Assembly (NCBI GenBank): GCA_964578045.1
Contig: CAZOBX010000005.1
Span: forward strand, 1 to 55,131
Direction of reading: 5' to 3'
Origin: an uncultured Kangiella sp.
GTDB lineage: Bacteria > Pseudomonadota > Gammaproteobacteria > Enterobacterales > Kangiellaceae
DNA length: 55,131 nucleotides
The translations under genes and the position numbers were made by a program. Numbering within the stretch: the first letter of the stretch is position 1; each line of letters opens with the position of its first letter. The notes under the pieces were generated by a model, which was not told the origin of the DNA, searched no databases, and worked only from the letters and a program-made list of their open reading frames with translations. Positions 11,001-21,309 of this stretch are shown in pieces.

Positions 11001-12262
11001 GTTAATTGATTAAGTGATAAAGAAAGCTTGGACTCTATAAGAAATTGAGAAAATGTTTGTTTGTTGTCAGATATATGACCAAGATAGTTGAAAACCGGAG
11101 CGAGAGAAAGGTTTTCGGCTCGTAATACCCAGGAGAGATCATGGTTCTTAAAATGTTGATATTTTAGATGAATTTCAGGCAGAATCGAATGCATATTCTG
11201 ATTTGAAGCTTCTGTTGCGACGTTAGAGTCTAACGACGGCGTTTGCACAGACATATTGTGAAAGGATAAATAACCTCGCTCACTACTATCATGTTGCCAG
11301 GAAATCATGCTGGACAAATGATTTTTCGGCACTTTGTGATTCAGCTCTGACCAACTAGTATCATCCAATTCAACCAGCGCTTTCGCCGACTGCCAATGAT
11401 TTTCGCGCCAGGTTCCCCAAAACTGCCATGACAAATTTCCTGAACTTGGCCGAGGAATAGGAAAAGAATCTAACCATGGTAGATCAGCTATATTGATGTT
11501 TGAACCGCGTAAATAAATTTCTGAAAAACTATCTGCCAATTTTGGGTCACCGTAAAGTTCGGTAACTAACGAAATTTGTCCAGCTTCACCATAATCTAAC
11601 CGACCGGATAATTGATGAACATTTTCGAATTTTTCAACTCTAACCTGATCAATGTGATAGTTAAATTGCGTGCCCTGCAAGGTAATTAGTTTAAGGCTGG
11701 AGTTAGTGATGGAAATTTGTCGCTGACCAAAAAGTATGTCAATTATCTTCTGGCTAGTATCACCCAGCTCTATCGTTGAAGGGGATTGGCTCTGTTCATC
11801 GACCGATGATTTGGCACTGGTATCCAGTTTGACGCCTAATTGTCGGTCAATATAAAACTGAAAGTCGGCCCGCCCGATAACAATGTTACCTGTCGAAAAT
11901 CGTTGATCCCATAACGATGTAATTATATCAAAATACAGAGAAATTTCGCCAACTTCAAGAATGTTATATTCACCGTCATTGGATTTTATCTTAAAGTTTG
12001 ATAAGGCGATGACCGGACCTTGAATACTCCAGTCAGCAGATATTTTTTCAACTTCGATATTAATATCATAGGTTTCCTCTACCCAACTCACGATTTCTGC
12101 TCGATACAAATCTATCTTTGGCAGTAGCAAACCCAATAACACATGGATTAAGGCGGTGAGTACGATCAAACTAGCGATCAGTAACCAGAGTTTATTAACG
12201 CAATATCCAAACAAACGTATTCCAACGCTGCGCTTTTTTTGATTAGTCGGTTTATCTTTCAT
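8060..12262 (-). CDS. yhdP: YhdP-like AsmA-family envelope (phospholipid transport) protein
   Basis: 1400 aa with an N-terminal TM helix. Conserved position downstream of rng-maf-mreCD. Has an acidic, serine-rich C-terminal tail. Confidence 0.85.
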   Translation of the reverse strand: MKDKPTNQKKRSVGIRLFGYCVNKLWLLIASLIVLTALIHVLLGLLLPKIDLYRAEIVSWVEETYDINIEVEKISADWSIQGPVIALSNFKIKSNDGEYNILEVGEISLYFDIITSLWDQRFSTGNIVIGRADFQFYIDRQLGVKLDTSAKSSVDEQSQSPSTIELGDTSQKIIDILFGQRQISITNSSLKLITLQGTQFNYHIDQVRVEKFENVHQLSGRLDYGEAGQISLVTELYGDPKLADSFSEIYLRGSNINIADLPWLDSFPIPRPSSGNLSWQFWGTWRENHWQSAKALVELDDTSWSELNHKVPKNHLSSMISWQHDSSERGYLSFHNMSVQTPSLDSNVATEASNQNMHSILPEIHLKYQHFKNHDLSWVLRAENLSLAPVFNYLGHISDNKQTFSQFLIESKLSLSLNQLTLSVIKQKDLWQAPSVELEFSDLNYARWKNLPRANGLTGRIAIDRLGGLAKISASNTDLEFGELFRHAIKADKLNSEFNWSFDQQGQIQLQVNDFFLSNPDFNVQARSTFFYQDNEPVLSLYAELTDVNAANKSQYLPVGVMSKNLVSYLDASVKSGNFPIIRSVVRGPMKDFPFANNNGLFVALGVLENATYQYLPEWPAATELNAKLLFEGSGMDIIASNAKSMNNQVIRARAVTKDFSLAEPILELSLDVLSEDNSARELINKTPINFISDSLQTINYSGNMRTNIEVKVGLSENGQLSLNGGIRLEPTGSKLQTPVVSVDNLKGEIKFTEKGISPSKIEAFYLGNKLVIDLVGQDKPTSPKVSLDVKGILPAAGISHFIGERWQKYFSGETAFSSLIHFSPMDKPEITRVLFQSELEGMLINFPDEFGKKPAEKSEIFLSLEIAKHSTGEIKWKGMDGRWYWDDEEQVSPLEKTIENLDKTDIISLQQNQSPVLVEENQPLINYGGTIYINKISESQPPLQPGLRVFGNIQEINLPSWLSFIQGFDVSTQEETGEPLVFETIEVDIKELRSPLVTINQSHLQLEKKLNRPWQIKLQSEQGNLELVLNSHKPWQATLNDINIQFNQELFDEQQALSDESNSLVPLDLVDFDILCNDCIFQQKNYGDIVAQLRKRTHGVDFSATTTKQKQHDLVISGSWLQTESLKTNTSIRFELQTQNVGDLLKKWDVDAAIEDSSGHLIAQMSWQDAPWKIDYSLMKGGMQLKLGKGYLSELSDEKGRLFSLFNLQSLIRKLTFDFKDVYKKGFFYDSITGSFQLDNGIISTENVRIKGNVADVKLYGHTDLKNQKIEQVAVITPHLTSSLPVLAAWAIEPTTGIIVYLLDKIMEPAVEVATRIDYRIHGNFDDVKVDTIKTSKEKVKVEYESEIKTESESKSEALSQSETETQSSEKIKVEKEHDKQIGQNNTENQSSLEEPVPL

Positions 12263-12264
12263 TT

Positions 12265-13731
12265 CTATATCAAAACCACATCAAACTGCTCTTGAGTATA
12301 AAGCGGTTCTGCTTGAAACCTGACAGGTTTATTAATCATTGATTCTAGTTCTGCTAGATGGTTGGTTTCTTCATCTAGCATCCGATCAACCACTTCTTGC
12401 GATGCCAGCACCAGATATTTTTTTGCCTCATAAGCCATAGCAGAACGATGCAGTTCCCTTAAAATCTCGTAACAAATAGTTTGCGCGGTCTTAATACTGC
12501 CGCGGCTATCACAAGTCGGGCAAGTTTCACAAAGTATGTGTTCTAAACTTTCACGGCTTCTTTTTCGAGTCATTTGAACCAATCCCAGCGTTGAAACTTC
12601 AGAGATATGCGTTTTCGCGTGATCTTTATCTAGCGCTTTTTCAAGTGTACGCAGCACTTGACGCTTGTGTTCTTCTTCCTTCATATCAATAAAGTCGATG
12701 ATCACCATACCGCCCAGATTTCTTAATCTCAATTGTCTAGCTAGCGAAGATGCCGCTTCTAAATTAGTCTTAAAAATAGTGTCTTCCAGGTTTCGATAAC
12801 CAACAAACGCACCAGTATTCACATCGATGGTGACCATCGCTTCGGTTTGTTCAATAATCAGGTAACCACCGGATTTTAGCTGCACTTTTCTTTGCAGAGA
12901 CTTTTCAATATCATCTTCCACGTTATACATATCAAAAAGTGGCCGCTCACCGCGATACAACTCTAGGCATTTACCCAGGGTAGGAACAAAATCATTGAGA
13001 AATTCTAGCAAACGCTTATGAACTGACTCTGAATCAATTCTTATTTTTTCGACATCAGAGGGTACTAGATCCCTTACAAAGCGTAACGCCAAGTCTAAGT
13101 CTTCATGCACTAACGAAGGCGCTTTCGCTTGTTGAATTTTTAAGGTGATCTGCTGCCATAATTTTAGTAAAAATTTTGAGTCGCGGACTAACTCTTGCTC
13201 ACTCGCCCCATCTGCCGCGGTTCGAACAATATAACCGCAAGACTCGTTATCCTCTTGCTTTAGAATATCTCTTAATCGTTGCCTTTCCTGCTCATCGTCA
13301 ATTCTTTGAGAAACCCCGATATGATTGTTATCAGGCATAAATACCAGATATCGTGATGGGATCGTCAAGTGGGTAGTCAATCTCGCTCCTTTAGTTCCAA
13401 GCTCGTCTTTGATCACTTGCACGGTAATTGTTTGACCATCGTGTAACAAATCGGTGATATCTTGCGACTGAACTTTATGATCGTCGATTGATTCATCCTC
13501 AGAAACCGGCAATATTTCAGCAGCATGCAAAAACGCCGAGCGCTCCCGGCCAATATTGATAAAAGCAGCCTGCATACCTGGCAAAACGCGAATGACTTTG
13601 CCCCGATAGATATTACCAACCAGGCCACGGCTGGACGCCCTTTCGATAAAAAGCTCCTGCAATATGCCATTTTCCAGGACGGCTGCGCGACTTTCTTGAG
13701 GGGTCACATTAAATAAAATTTCTTCTTTCAT
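12265..13731 (-). CDS. rng: Ribonuclease G
   Basis: 488 aa. S1 domain plus the RNase E/G catalytic core (VTIDVNTG, CPTCDSRG zinc-link motif). Confidence 0.95.
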   Translation of the reverse strand: MKEEILFNVTPQESRAAVLENGILQELFIERASSRGLVGNIYRGKVIRVLPGMQAAFINIGRERSAFLHAAEILPVSEDESIDDHKVQSQDITDLLHDGQTITVQVIKDELGTKGARLTTHLTIPSRYLVFMPDNNHIGVSQRIDDEQERQRLRDILKQEDNESCGYIVRTAADGASEQELVRDSKFLLKLWQQITLKIQQAKAPSLVHEDLDLALRFVRDLVPSDVEKIRIDSESVHKRLLEFLNDFVPTLGKCLELYRGERPLFDMYNVEDDIEKSLQRKVQLKSGGYLIIEQTEAMVTIDVNTGAFVGYRNLEDTIFKTNLEAASSLARQLRLRNLGGMVIIDFIDMKEEEHKRQVLRTLEKALDKDHAKTHISEVSTLGLVQMTRKRSRESLEHILCETCPTCDSRGSIKTAQTICYEILRELHRSAMAYEAKKYLVLASQEVVDRMLDEETNHLAELESMINKPVRFQAEPLYTQEQFDVVLI

Positions 13732-13788
13732 TGTCTCTCGTTTCTTATCTCAGCTAAGATATCCTGACATTTGGTACTAAACTAAATA

Positions 13789-14352
13789 TCATTTAAACCT
13801 ATCGAGTAAATTAGCAGTCTCAAATAAGGGTAATCCAACAACGCCTGAATAGCTGCCGGAAAGGCTTCTCACAAATCTAGCAGCATAACCTTGAATACCA
13901 TAACTTCCAGCTTTATCCAGGCAGTCACCAGTATTCACATAATAGTCGATTTGATGCTCTGATAAAGTCGCAAAAGTCACATCGGTGATGGAAGTTACCA
14001 ACTCAAGTTTTTGGCTATTTTTGACGGCCACACAAGTGATCACCTGATGGGTCTCACCAGATAGTCTTTCTAACATCTTAATCGCATCTTGTTTATTGTG
14101 GGGTTTACCCAGTATTTGATTGGCCAAAACAACACTGGTATCAGCTGCAAGCAACGGAATATCGAGTAATCTAGTAGATTCTGACCATCCCACTTCTGCC
14201 TTTTCATAGGCCATTCGACTAACGTAATCGTGAGGTGTTTCACCTCGTTTAACATTTTCGTTTATATCCACTGGGATATACTCAAAGCCAATCGAAATCT
14301 GTTTTAACAGCGCTTGTCTACGAGGTGATTTGGAAGCTAAATATATTTGCAT
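13789..14352 (-). CDS. maf: Maf-like nucleoside triphosphate pyrophosphatase (YhdE type)
   Basis: The track ORF begins at 14397, but the Maf N-terminal motif (MQIYLASKSPRRQALL) starts at the ATG at 14352. The SYGIQG motif is present. Confidence 0.9.
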   Translation of the reverse strand: MQIYLASKSPRRQALLKQISIGFEYIPVDINENVKRGETPHDYVSRMAYEKAEVGWSESTRLLDIPLLAADTSVVLANQILGKPHNKQDAIKMLERLSGETHQVITCVAVKNSQKLELVTSITDVTFATLSEHQIDYYVNTGDCLDKAGSYGIQGYAARFVRSLSGSYSGVVGLPLFETANLLDRFK

Positions 14353-14434
14353 AGGAATAATTAAATCTATAATAATCAGAGAGTTGATAGCTATCATTTA
14401 ATGATAAGTGTTGAGTAATCTTAATCTGCCATAT

Positions 14435-14920
14435 TCAAATACAGAATTTTCGCCGGACGTCCCGTAAAATAATGAAAACCCAGGGCCAAAATAACATTGC
14501 CCCCAGCAAAGGTGTCCAATAATCAAAATCTCCAGACACCTGTTGCACAAATCCTCTTAGAATCAGTCCCAGCAACATATGAATACCAATAACGACTGCG
14601 ATATTTATCGATTGTTTCCAACGAGGAAATAGCCTTAATCGATGATAAGTCATCTGAATAAGGTAGGCGATTAACGCAAAAGTCATAGCGTGAATACCAA
14701 ACAAAGTTCCGTACAATACATCAACAAACAACCCTACCACCCAGCCGACCATTACGCCCACCCGGTTGGGCACAGCCATCACCCAGTATATCAATACCAA
14801 TGCAACCCAGTCTGGCTTAAACGAATCGATGACCTGCCACCACGGCAGTATGTTCATAAACATTGCGGCCGCGAACGAGAGCAATATAACAAAACTTCCT
14901 TTTGATTCTGTTTTAACCAT
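14435..14920 (-). CDS. mreD: Rod shape-determining protein MreD
   Basis: 161-aa polytopic membrane protein. Its start overlaps the mreC stop. Confidence 0.85.
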   Translation of the reverse strand: MVKTESKGSFVILLSFAAAMFMNILPWWQVIDSFKPDWVALVLIYWVMAVPNRVGVMVGWVVGLFVDVLYGTLFGIHAMTFALIAYLIQMTYHRLRLFPRWKQSINIAVVIGIHMLLGLILRGFVQQVSGDFDYWTPLLGAMLFWPWVFIILRDVRRKFCI

Positions 14921-15759
14921 TATTCAGCGCCCTGCTGATCAAGATCAGTCCAAACCAGTAATACAGAGTCAAGTTGCTCCAGTTTGGCGGCAGGTTTGGC
15001 CAAAATAATAGCGTAGGCCTTGCCTGGATCGTGTTCTACTTTGGTAACAATGGCGACAGGATACCCTATTGGAAATTTTTGCCCTAAACCAGAGCTAATC
15101 AATGTATCACCGACTTTGATGTCAGTGGTATCGGTAACATTCTTCAACAATAGTTGGTTAATTTGACCGCTTCCGGCGGCAATCGAGCGAATATTATTTC
15201 TGGCGACTCTCACCGGAATAGCGTGGCTAGCATCTGAAATCATTAACACTCTGGCGGTTGATGCGTAAACCGAGATCACCTGACCAACAACGCCGCTTGC
15301 GTCGATAACCGTTTGTCCCAGATAAACATCGCTGAGCAGGCCCTTGTTGATCACGAATTCTAGAGCATAAGGATCATTATCAATCTGTATGATCTCGGCT
15401 AACAATCTACGCTCCAATATTTCGTTTTCGGTGCCTAGTAAATTTCTCAGACGAGCATTTTCAGCTTGTAGCGCAATAAATTTTTGTAATTGGGCCTTGA
15501 GAATATTAGATTCATCGTTAAGCCTTTGATTTTCTTGTCGTAATTGAGAACGACTCACCAGTGATTCACCACTCCAGGAAAAAAATTCCTGTGGGATATC
15601 AGCCAGATAAATGATTGGCGTTACTAACGTGCCTAAAGTAGCACGTAATCCTTGAAGGTGCTTTTGGTAGTGATCGACAAACATCAAAACACTCGACACC
15701 ACCACAACTATGAATAGCCGAGTAGAATGAGATGCGCCTTGAGAAAATAGGGTCTTAAT
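14920..15759 (-). CDS. mreC: Rod shape-determining protein MreC, probable ATT start
   Basis: The track ORF starts at GTG 15705. The frame stays open upstream to a TAA at 15775-15777 and encodes IKTLFSQGASHSTRLFIV, which matches E. coli MreC MKPIFSRGPSLQIRLILAV. The only start-like codon there is ATT (15757-15759), 7 nt after the TAAGGA Shine-Dalgarno. Confidence 0.85.
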   Translation of the reverse strand: MKTLFSQGASHSTRLFIVVVVSSVLMFVDHYQKHLQGLRATLGTLVTPIIYLADIPQEFFSWSGESLVSRSQLRQENQRLNDESNILKAQLQKFIALQAENARLRNLLGTENEILERRLLAEIIQIDNDPYALEFVINKGLLSDVYLGQTVIDASGVVGQVISVYASTARVLMISDASHAIPVRVARNNIRSIAAGSGQINQLLLKNVTDTTDIKVGDTLISSGLGQKFPIGYPVAIVTKVEHDPGKAYAIILAKPAAKLEQLDSVLLVWTDLDQQGAE

Positions 15760-15974
15760 GGGTTGATCCTTAGGTTACTACAATATATGGTCTAACTGTT
15801 TGATATTAGGGCTTTTTTGTTATTCTAGCCTATTATTGATAATGACTCAAAATATACTTCCTAATTAACGATTTTAGACCCTCAATTGAAGGTGCTGAAA
15901 TGAACAATATAAACTTTATGCCCGCAATACCTGTAAATGTAGATTCCAGCATTTTGAGGTATCACCGGTATATG

Positions 15975-17273
15975 TCAGTCCAATTTCAGATCTTGCTCGA
16001 TATATTGAGACGCTTTAAAAAATAATCCAATAGCCACAAAACTCACCAATAAAGTCGACGCAAGAGCCCACCGTAATGCTTGTTCCTGTAGAGCTGGTTG
16101 CAAGTAATCAGAAATAATTCCAACGGTTAGGGGGCCTAATCCCAAGCCTATCAAATTCAATATCAAAAACAATACCGAAGAAGAAAACGCTCTCATATGG
16201 GGTGGAACCAAAGAATGAGTAATGGCGATTGACGGTCCCAAAAAAGTACTGATGCAAGCATAACCAATAAAAAGTGCCGTTAACACGACTACGATAGACG
16301 AATGAAAATAATAGGTTATTAAAAAAGGTATCGCCAGCAATGCACCATAAGCGGACACTTTGATGTACCAAGATTTATTGTTTTGAGCTAATCGGTCCGC
16401 CAGGTAACCACCTACAATGGTACCAATTGCGCCAGCAATTCCTATAATGAATCCCGCATACAGACCAATTTCGCTACTCTGTAAACCATGTATCCTGGAC
16501 AAAAACGAAGGCAGCCAGTTTCCTAGCGCATAAGTACTAAAAGTATGCAGTCCCGCCGCCATCGACAAAAACAAGAATGATTTTTTAGAAAACAGATAAA
16601 TGAAGACCTCGATGATCCCCTCTTGTTTTTGCTGTGGTTTGAGTAATGTTCTTTGTGGTTCTTTGACGCTTAGGAAAAATATCAGTGCAAAAATTACACC
16701 GGGCAGACCCAGTGATAAAAAAGCGATGCGCCATCCATACTGTGAATCCAGCCATCCTCCTAAAGAAAATCCGAACAAAATACCGATGTAGATCCCCATC
16801 GAATAGATAGATAAAGCAGTCGCGCGTTTGCTGGAAGAAAAATAATCAGAAATCATCGCATGAGCAGGAGGACTGCATCCTGCCTCTCCGACACCTACTC
16901 CTATCCTGGCCAGCAAAAGTTGGTAAAAATTTTGCGCTAAGCCACAGGCGGCAGTCATAGCACTCCACACTACCAGTGACGCCGCTATGATATTCTTTCG
17001 ATTAGTTTTGTCAGCGAGTCTTGCGATGGGAATACCTAACAACACATAAAAAATCGCAAAGGATAATCCTGATAGCAATCCCAGTTGGGTATCCGATAAA
17101 CCTAAATCTCGCTTAATAGACTCTTGTAAAATGACTAAGATTTGTCGATCGATAAAATTAAAGATATATACAACTGTGAGCATCAACAATACATAATTTT
17201 TATATGGATTGCTGACGGGTTGTAACTTATAACGGCGCTCTTCAGATAAAGATGATTGACTATTAGAATTCAT
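15975..17273 (-). CDS. MFS transporter
   Basis: 432 aa, about 12 TM segments, MFS loop motif (ARLADKTNRKN). Confidence 0.85.
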   Translation of the reverse strand: MNSNSQSSLSEERRYKLQPVSNPYKNYVLLMLTVVYIFNFIDRQILVILQESIKRDLGLSDTQLGLLSGLSFAIFYVLLGIPIARLADKTNRKNIIAASLVVWSAMTAACGLAQNFYQLLLARIGVGVGEAGCSPPAHAMISDYFSSSKRATALSIYSMGIYIGILFGFSLGGWLDSQYGWRIAFLSLGLPGVIFALIFFLSVKEPQRTLLKPQQKQEGIIEVFIYLFSKKSFLFLSMAAGLHTFSTYALGNWLPSFLSRIHGLQSSEIGLYAGFIIGIAGAIGTIVGGYLADRLAQNNKSWYIKVSAYGALLAIPFLITYYFHSSIVVVLTALFIGYACISTFLGPSIAITHSLVPPHMRAFSSSVLFLILNLIGLGLGPLTVGIISDYLQPALQEQALRWALASTLLVSFVAIGLFFKASQYIEQDLKLD

Positions 17274-17282
17274 TTTAGCGCC

Positions 17283-17663
17283 CTACTTCTCAAGTACTAC
17301 TTGGGCTACGGCATATTCTTTTTCGTCACTGATACTAACAAAAATCGATTTTATACTGAGTGAGTTAACTCTTTCGCGTGTAGAACCATGCAATATAATT
17401 TCAGGCTTTCCAGCTTTACAATTAACCACTTCAATTTTTGGCAAAGTTACCCCTTCAACTATGCCCGTTCCCAGAGCTTTTGCAAATGCTTCCTTAGCCG
17501 CGAATCGTTTGGCGAGATATCGCTCTTTATATTTAAGTGCTGCGTATTTTTTAAACTCATTGGGATGGAGAATCTTTTTTGCAAACGCGTCTCCGTGTCG
17601 GTGAATTGATGAGCTGACACGGTCTATTTGTACGATATCGATCCCGATGCCAAAAATGCTCAC
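17283..17663 (-). CDS. acpS: Holo-ACP synthase
   Basis: 126 aa with GIGIDIV and [11 protein letters not shown] motifs. Its GTG start overlaps the pdxJ stop (GTGA). Confidence 0.9.
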   Translation of the reverse strand: MSIFGIGIDIVQIDRVSSSIHRHGDAFAKKILHPNEFKKYAALKYKERYLAKRFAAKEAFAKALGTGIVEGVTLPKIEVVNCKAGKPEIILHGSTRERVNSLSIKSIFVSISDEKEYAVAQVVLEK

Positions 17664-18397
17664 TGGCGCGCCTCGAGCATAATTTTCTTCATATCCCTTA
17701 CTGCGGATTCTAACCCAGTAAAAACAGCTCGAGCGATAATTGAATGGCCAATGTTAAGTTCATAGATATCTTTAATAGCGGCAATCGCCGCGACGTTATG
17801 ATAATGTAATCCGTGACCGGCATTCACAACCAAACCTAAATTTTTTGCTTGCTCTACGCCTTGCATTATAAGGTGTAATTGTTGGGTCTGCTGGGCTTCA
17901 TTTTCAGCATCAGCATAGTGACCGGTGTGGATCTCTAGATAGGGCGCACCCACTTTTTGTGCCGCCTGAATTTGTCGTTCTTGTGCATCGATAAATAAGG
18001 AGACTTTTATTCCTTGTTCTCCTAATTGATCGCAAGCCCGTTTAATTTTGTCATAGTTTCCAACAACATCCAAACCGCCTTCGGTGGTCAGCTCTTCTCT
18101 TTTTTCAGGCACCAGACAAACATATTCTGGATTGGTCTTTTTGGCGATCGCTATCATTTCATCGGTCACTGCCATCTCCAGATTAAGCCGACTATTAATA
18201 TTTTCTTTAACTAATTCAACATCACGATCCTGAATATGACGTCGATCTTCTCGTAAATGAATAGTGATTCCATCGGCTCCGCCTTGTTCGGCTAACAACG
18301 CACCATGAAAGACCTGAGGATAGTGAGTGCCTCTGGCCTGGCGCAAAGTGGCTATATGATCAATGTTAACCCCTAAATAAATCGAACTATTTTTCAT
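17660..18397 (-). CDS. pdxJ: Pyridoxine 5'-phosphate synthase
   Basis: 245 aa with [16 protein letters not shown] and NAGHGL motifs. Confidence 0.95.
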   Translation of the reverse strand: MKNSSIYLGVNIDHIATLRQARGTHYPQVFHGALLAEQGGADGITIHLREDRRHIQDRDVELVKENINSRLNLEMAVTDEMIAIAKKTNPEYVCLVPEKREELTTEGGLDVVGNYDKIKRACDQLGEQGIKVSLFIDAQERQIQAAQKVGAPYLEIHTGHYADAENEAQQTQQLHLIMQGVEQAKNLGLVVNAGHGLHYHNVAAIAAIKDIYELNIGHSIIARAVFTGLESAVRDMKKIMLEARQ

Positions 18398-18448
18398 TAT
18401 TTTCTCTCTACTCTTTTTAATTAGCCGCTAGCTGCCAGCAGCTAAATC

Positions 18449-19174
18449 TCATAACCAAAGTTTTCTACTTTCTAGTGGCTTATCACCGATAATTTCACGC
18501 AGCATCAATTGGGTGATCCGCTGACATGTTTTAATGATTTCCGGCTTATACTGACCGCAGCCTAAAGATAAAATAGCGTCACCACTAAATTCGTTTTCAA
18601 GTTGGTGAAGATAAGTCGATTTGGATTCTTGTTTGATTAATTCAAATCCTTGTTCAGGATTAAAATGATAATGTTTATCGCGACCAATAGCCTCACCGTA
18701 TACATCAACATGCCACTGAGGCGCAATACCCAATTCATCAAGCAGCGAAACCTCAAAATTCCTCAAAATGGTAGAATATTCATAGCTACTCTGTAGCGCT
18801 TTAATACTCCTGTCGTAAACCTTAAATAGCGATTCGAACTCTTGCCATTCTTGAAGCGAGCGTATCAATAATTCATTTAAGTAATAACCACACGCCAGCG
18901 CTCTATTAGATAAGCAACCAGGTTCCGATACTTCCTGTTGTTTGACTAGTTCAACTTCAGACAAAATCTTCAGGTCTCCACGACCAACGTACTCGATATA
19001 CAACAAATTAAATGGTTGCAAAATAGCTCTTTGTGCCTGGGCTTTTTTTCTCTTTACGCCCTTAGCTATTAAACTGAATCGTCCCTGCTGCTGGCTAAAC
19101 AGTTTGAGTATTAAACTGGTTTCTTTGAATGGTCTAGCGTGTAAAATATAGGATTCTGTTGATTTCTTATTCAT
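18449..19174 (-). CDS. recO: DNA repair protein RecO
   Basis: 241 aa. Conserved position in the era-recO-pdxJ cluster, with an N-terminal OB-fold region typical of RecO. Confidence 0.9.
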   Translation of the reverse strand: MNKKSTESYILHARPFKETSLILKLFSQQQGRFSLIAKGVKRKKAQAQRAILQPFNLLYIEYVGRGDLKILSEVELVKQQEVSEPGCLSNRALACGYYLNELLIRSLQEWQEFESLFKVYDRSIKALQSSYEYSTILRNFEVSLLDELGIAPQWHVDVYGEAIGRDKHYHFNPEQGFELIKQESKSTYLHQLENEFSGDAILSLGCGQYKPEIIKTCQRITQLMLREIIGDKPLESRKLWL

Positions 19175-19186
19175 TCAAATTAGCTC

Positions 19187-20116
19187 TTAATTAGAGCGAT
19201 CATCAAATCCTAATGACCGTAACGCTCTTTCATCATCGGCCCAACCATCTTTCACTTTTACCCAGAGTTCCAAAAAAATCTTTTCGCCAAAGATTTCACT
19301 CATATCTTTTCTGGCATCGGTACCAACTTTTTTCAGTCGACTTCCACCTTTACCGATAACAATTGATTTTTGTCCATTACGCTCTACCAGTATCAACCCG
19401 TTAATTCGCAGTAAACCGGTTTCATCTAATTTGAATTGTTCGATTTCAACGGTGATTGAATAAGGCAATTCATCACCCAACTGCCGGATTAATTTTTCTC
19501 GAATAATTTCGGCCGCCAGGAAACGTTCGCTGCGATCAGTGTAATATTCTTCCGGGAAAATAAAATCACCCTCAGGCATATAACCATTCAGTAATTTCTT
19601 TAGCGCATCAACCTGATCGCCCAGTAACGCAGCGCCAGGGATCAGGTGTTGGAACTTATATTTGTTCGACAGAATTTGTAAGAAAGGTAGAAGTTTTTCT
19701 TTTTCTTTGATCTGATCAATTTTATTAACGAATAGAATAATGGGCTTGTTGGTCTTTTTGATATGATCTAAAACCAGCTCGTCATCTTCCGTCCACCTTT
19801 CGGGCTCAACGATAAAAACCACCACATCAACATCAGCGATTGAACTTGACGCGGCCCGATTCATTAGCCTGTTTATCGCTCTCGCCTCATTCTTATGAAT
19901 ACCGGGTGTATCCACGTAAATCATCTGAGTAGTGCCAGTAGTCTCAATGCCCAAAATACGATGACGAGTGGTCTGCGGCTTACGGGAGGTTATGCTAAGT
20001 TTTTGACCGAGCAAGTGATTTAACAGTGTTGACTTTCCAACATTCGGCCTACCAACAAATGCCACAAATCCGCAACGTTTATTTGAATCTTTCATTTTGC
20101 TTTTATGAGAAGTCAT
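19187..20116 (-). CDS. era: GTPase Era
   Basis: 309 aa with G1 [10 protein letters not shown]3 DTPG and NKID motifs plus a KH domain. Confidence 0.95.
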   Translation of the reverse strand: MTSHKSKMKDSNKRCGFVAFVGRPNVGKSTLLNHLLGQKLSITSRKPQTTRHRILGIETTGTTQMIYVDTPGIHKNEARAINRLMNRAASSSIADVDVVVFIVEPERWTEDDELVLDHIKKTNKPIILFVNKIDQIKEKEKLLPFLQILSNKYKFQHLIPGAALLGDQVDALKKLLNGYMPEGDFIFPEEYYTDRSERFLAAEIIREKLIRQLGDELPYSITVEIEQFKLDETGLLRINGLILVERNGQKSIVIGKGGSRLKKVGTDARKDMSEIFGEKIFLELWVKVKDGWADDERALRSLGFDDRSN

Positions 20117-20120
20117 TAAT

Positions 20121-20807
20121 TTATCTTTCCGCTTTTATTTCTTTCATTGCTTTACTTGCGGCATCTTGCTCAGCCTTACGCCGACTAGCTCCAAATCCTT
20201 CCACTTTAATATCCTTATAAACTAGACTGCATTTGACCCAATAGGTCTTGTCGTGGTCTTTTCCGGAAGAGCGCACCACATCATATACCGGTGTATTGTG
20301 ACTTCGTGCTTGCAGCCATTCTTGCAATTTAGTTTTAGGATCTTTTTCCGCCCGATCTAAAGAAAGCTCCGACAATTTTTTTAGATACATATTTAAGATA
20401 GTTTGTTGTGTTGTATGATAATCACTATCTATCAAAACCGCTCCAATAATCGCTTCGAAAGTATCCGACAAAATTGAGGCCCGCCGGAATCCACCACTTT
20501 TGAGCTCACCGCTACCTAATATCAAAAACTGGCTAAAGTTGAGTTCGTTAGCAAGCTCTGATAAAGCCTTTTCTTTCACCAGAAAAGCCCTCAATCGACT
20601 CAACTGTCCTTCGTCCGCCTTTGGAAATTTTTCATAAAGTGCGGTGGCAATCACACTGCCAAGAATAGCATCTCCGAGAAACTCCAATCGTTCGTTATGT
20701 TTATGATGTGCACTGCGGTGAGTTAAAGCTTGCTTTAATAATGAGAGATCGTTGAACTCATAATTGATTGCCTTTTGCAATAAATTAAAGTTGGGTCTAA
20801 TTGACAT
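20121..20807 (-). CDS. rnc: Ribonuclease III
   Basis: 228 aa with the [10 protein letters not shown] signature and a C-terminal dsRBD. Confidence 0.95.
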   Translation of the reverse strand: MSIRPNFNLLQKAINYEFNDLSLLKQALTHRSAHHKHNERLEFLGDAILGSVIATALYEKFPKADEGQLSRLRAFLVKEKALSELANELNFSQFLILGSGELKSGGFRRASILSDTFEAIIGAVLIDSDYHTTQQTILNMYLKKLSELSLDRAEKDPKTKLQEWLQARSHNTPVYDVVRSSGKDHDKTYWVKCSLVYKDIKVEGFGASRRKAEQDAASKAMKEIKAER

Positions 20808-20881
20808 TAAAATATATTTTATCTTAAGCGAATTTAAATTCGGATATTCATTTTATGAACATTATCTATGTTTTAGCAAAA

Positions 20882-21250
20882 TTATTGCTTTCGGACTTCT
20901 TCGTTAAATTCTACAACCGCTGACAGATTGCTCATAATTGAAACCTTCACATCATATTTAACTAATATATATTTATCGCCGGTTCTATCGCGCATCGCTT
21001 TAAATGCTTTGGGGCTAATTGTTCTAACATTATTGATCGTCATTCGGCTCTGAATACTTCGTAAAATTGACTTATTGGACATGTTGACAAATTCTCGGCC
21101 ATCCACAATGTCTTGTAATGCAGCGCGAACGATCCGATGTTCAAAATAAATTGGCACCACTTTAAAGGCTAACATGGCTAAGAATCCAGCCATAAACATG
21201 ATGGTTAGCCAGCCCCACATGGTCGCACCGTTTTGATATTTACGATTCAT
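20882..21250 (-). CDS. DUF4845-family small membrane protein
   Basis: 122 aa with an N-terminal TM helix. Lies between lepB and rnc, which is typical for this family as I recall it. Confidence 0.7.
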   Translation of the reverse strand: MNRKYQNGATMWGWLTIMFMAGFLAMLAFKVVPIYFEHRIVRAALQDIVDGREFVNMSNKSILRSIQSRMTINNVRTISPKAFKAMRDRTGDKYILVKYDVKVSIMSNLSAVVEFNEEVRKQ

Positions 21251-21309
21251 ACAATTCTCTCAATCCACTTTCTACAAATGCCATTAAACGAATATTAGCA
21301 CAAATTTAA

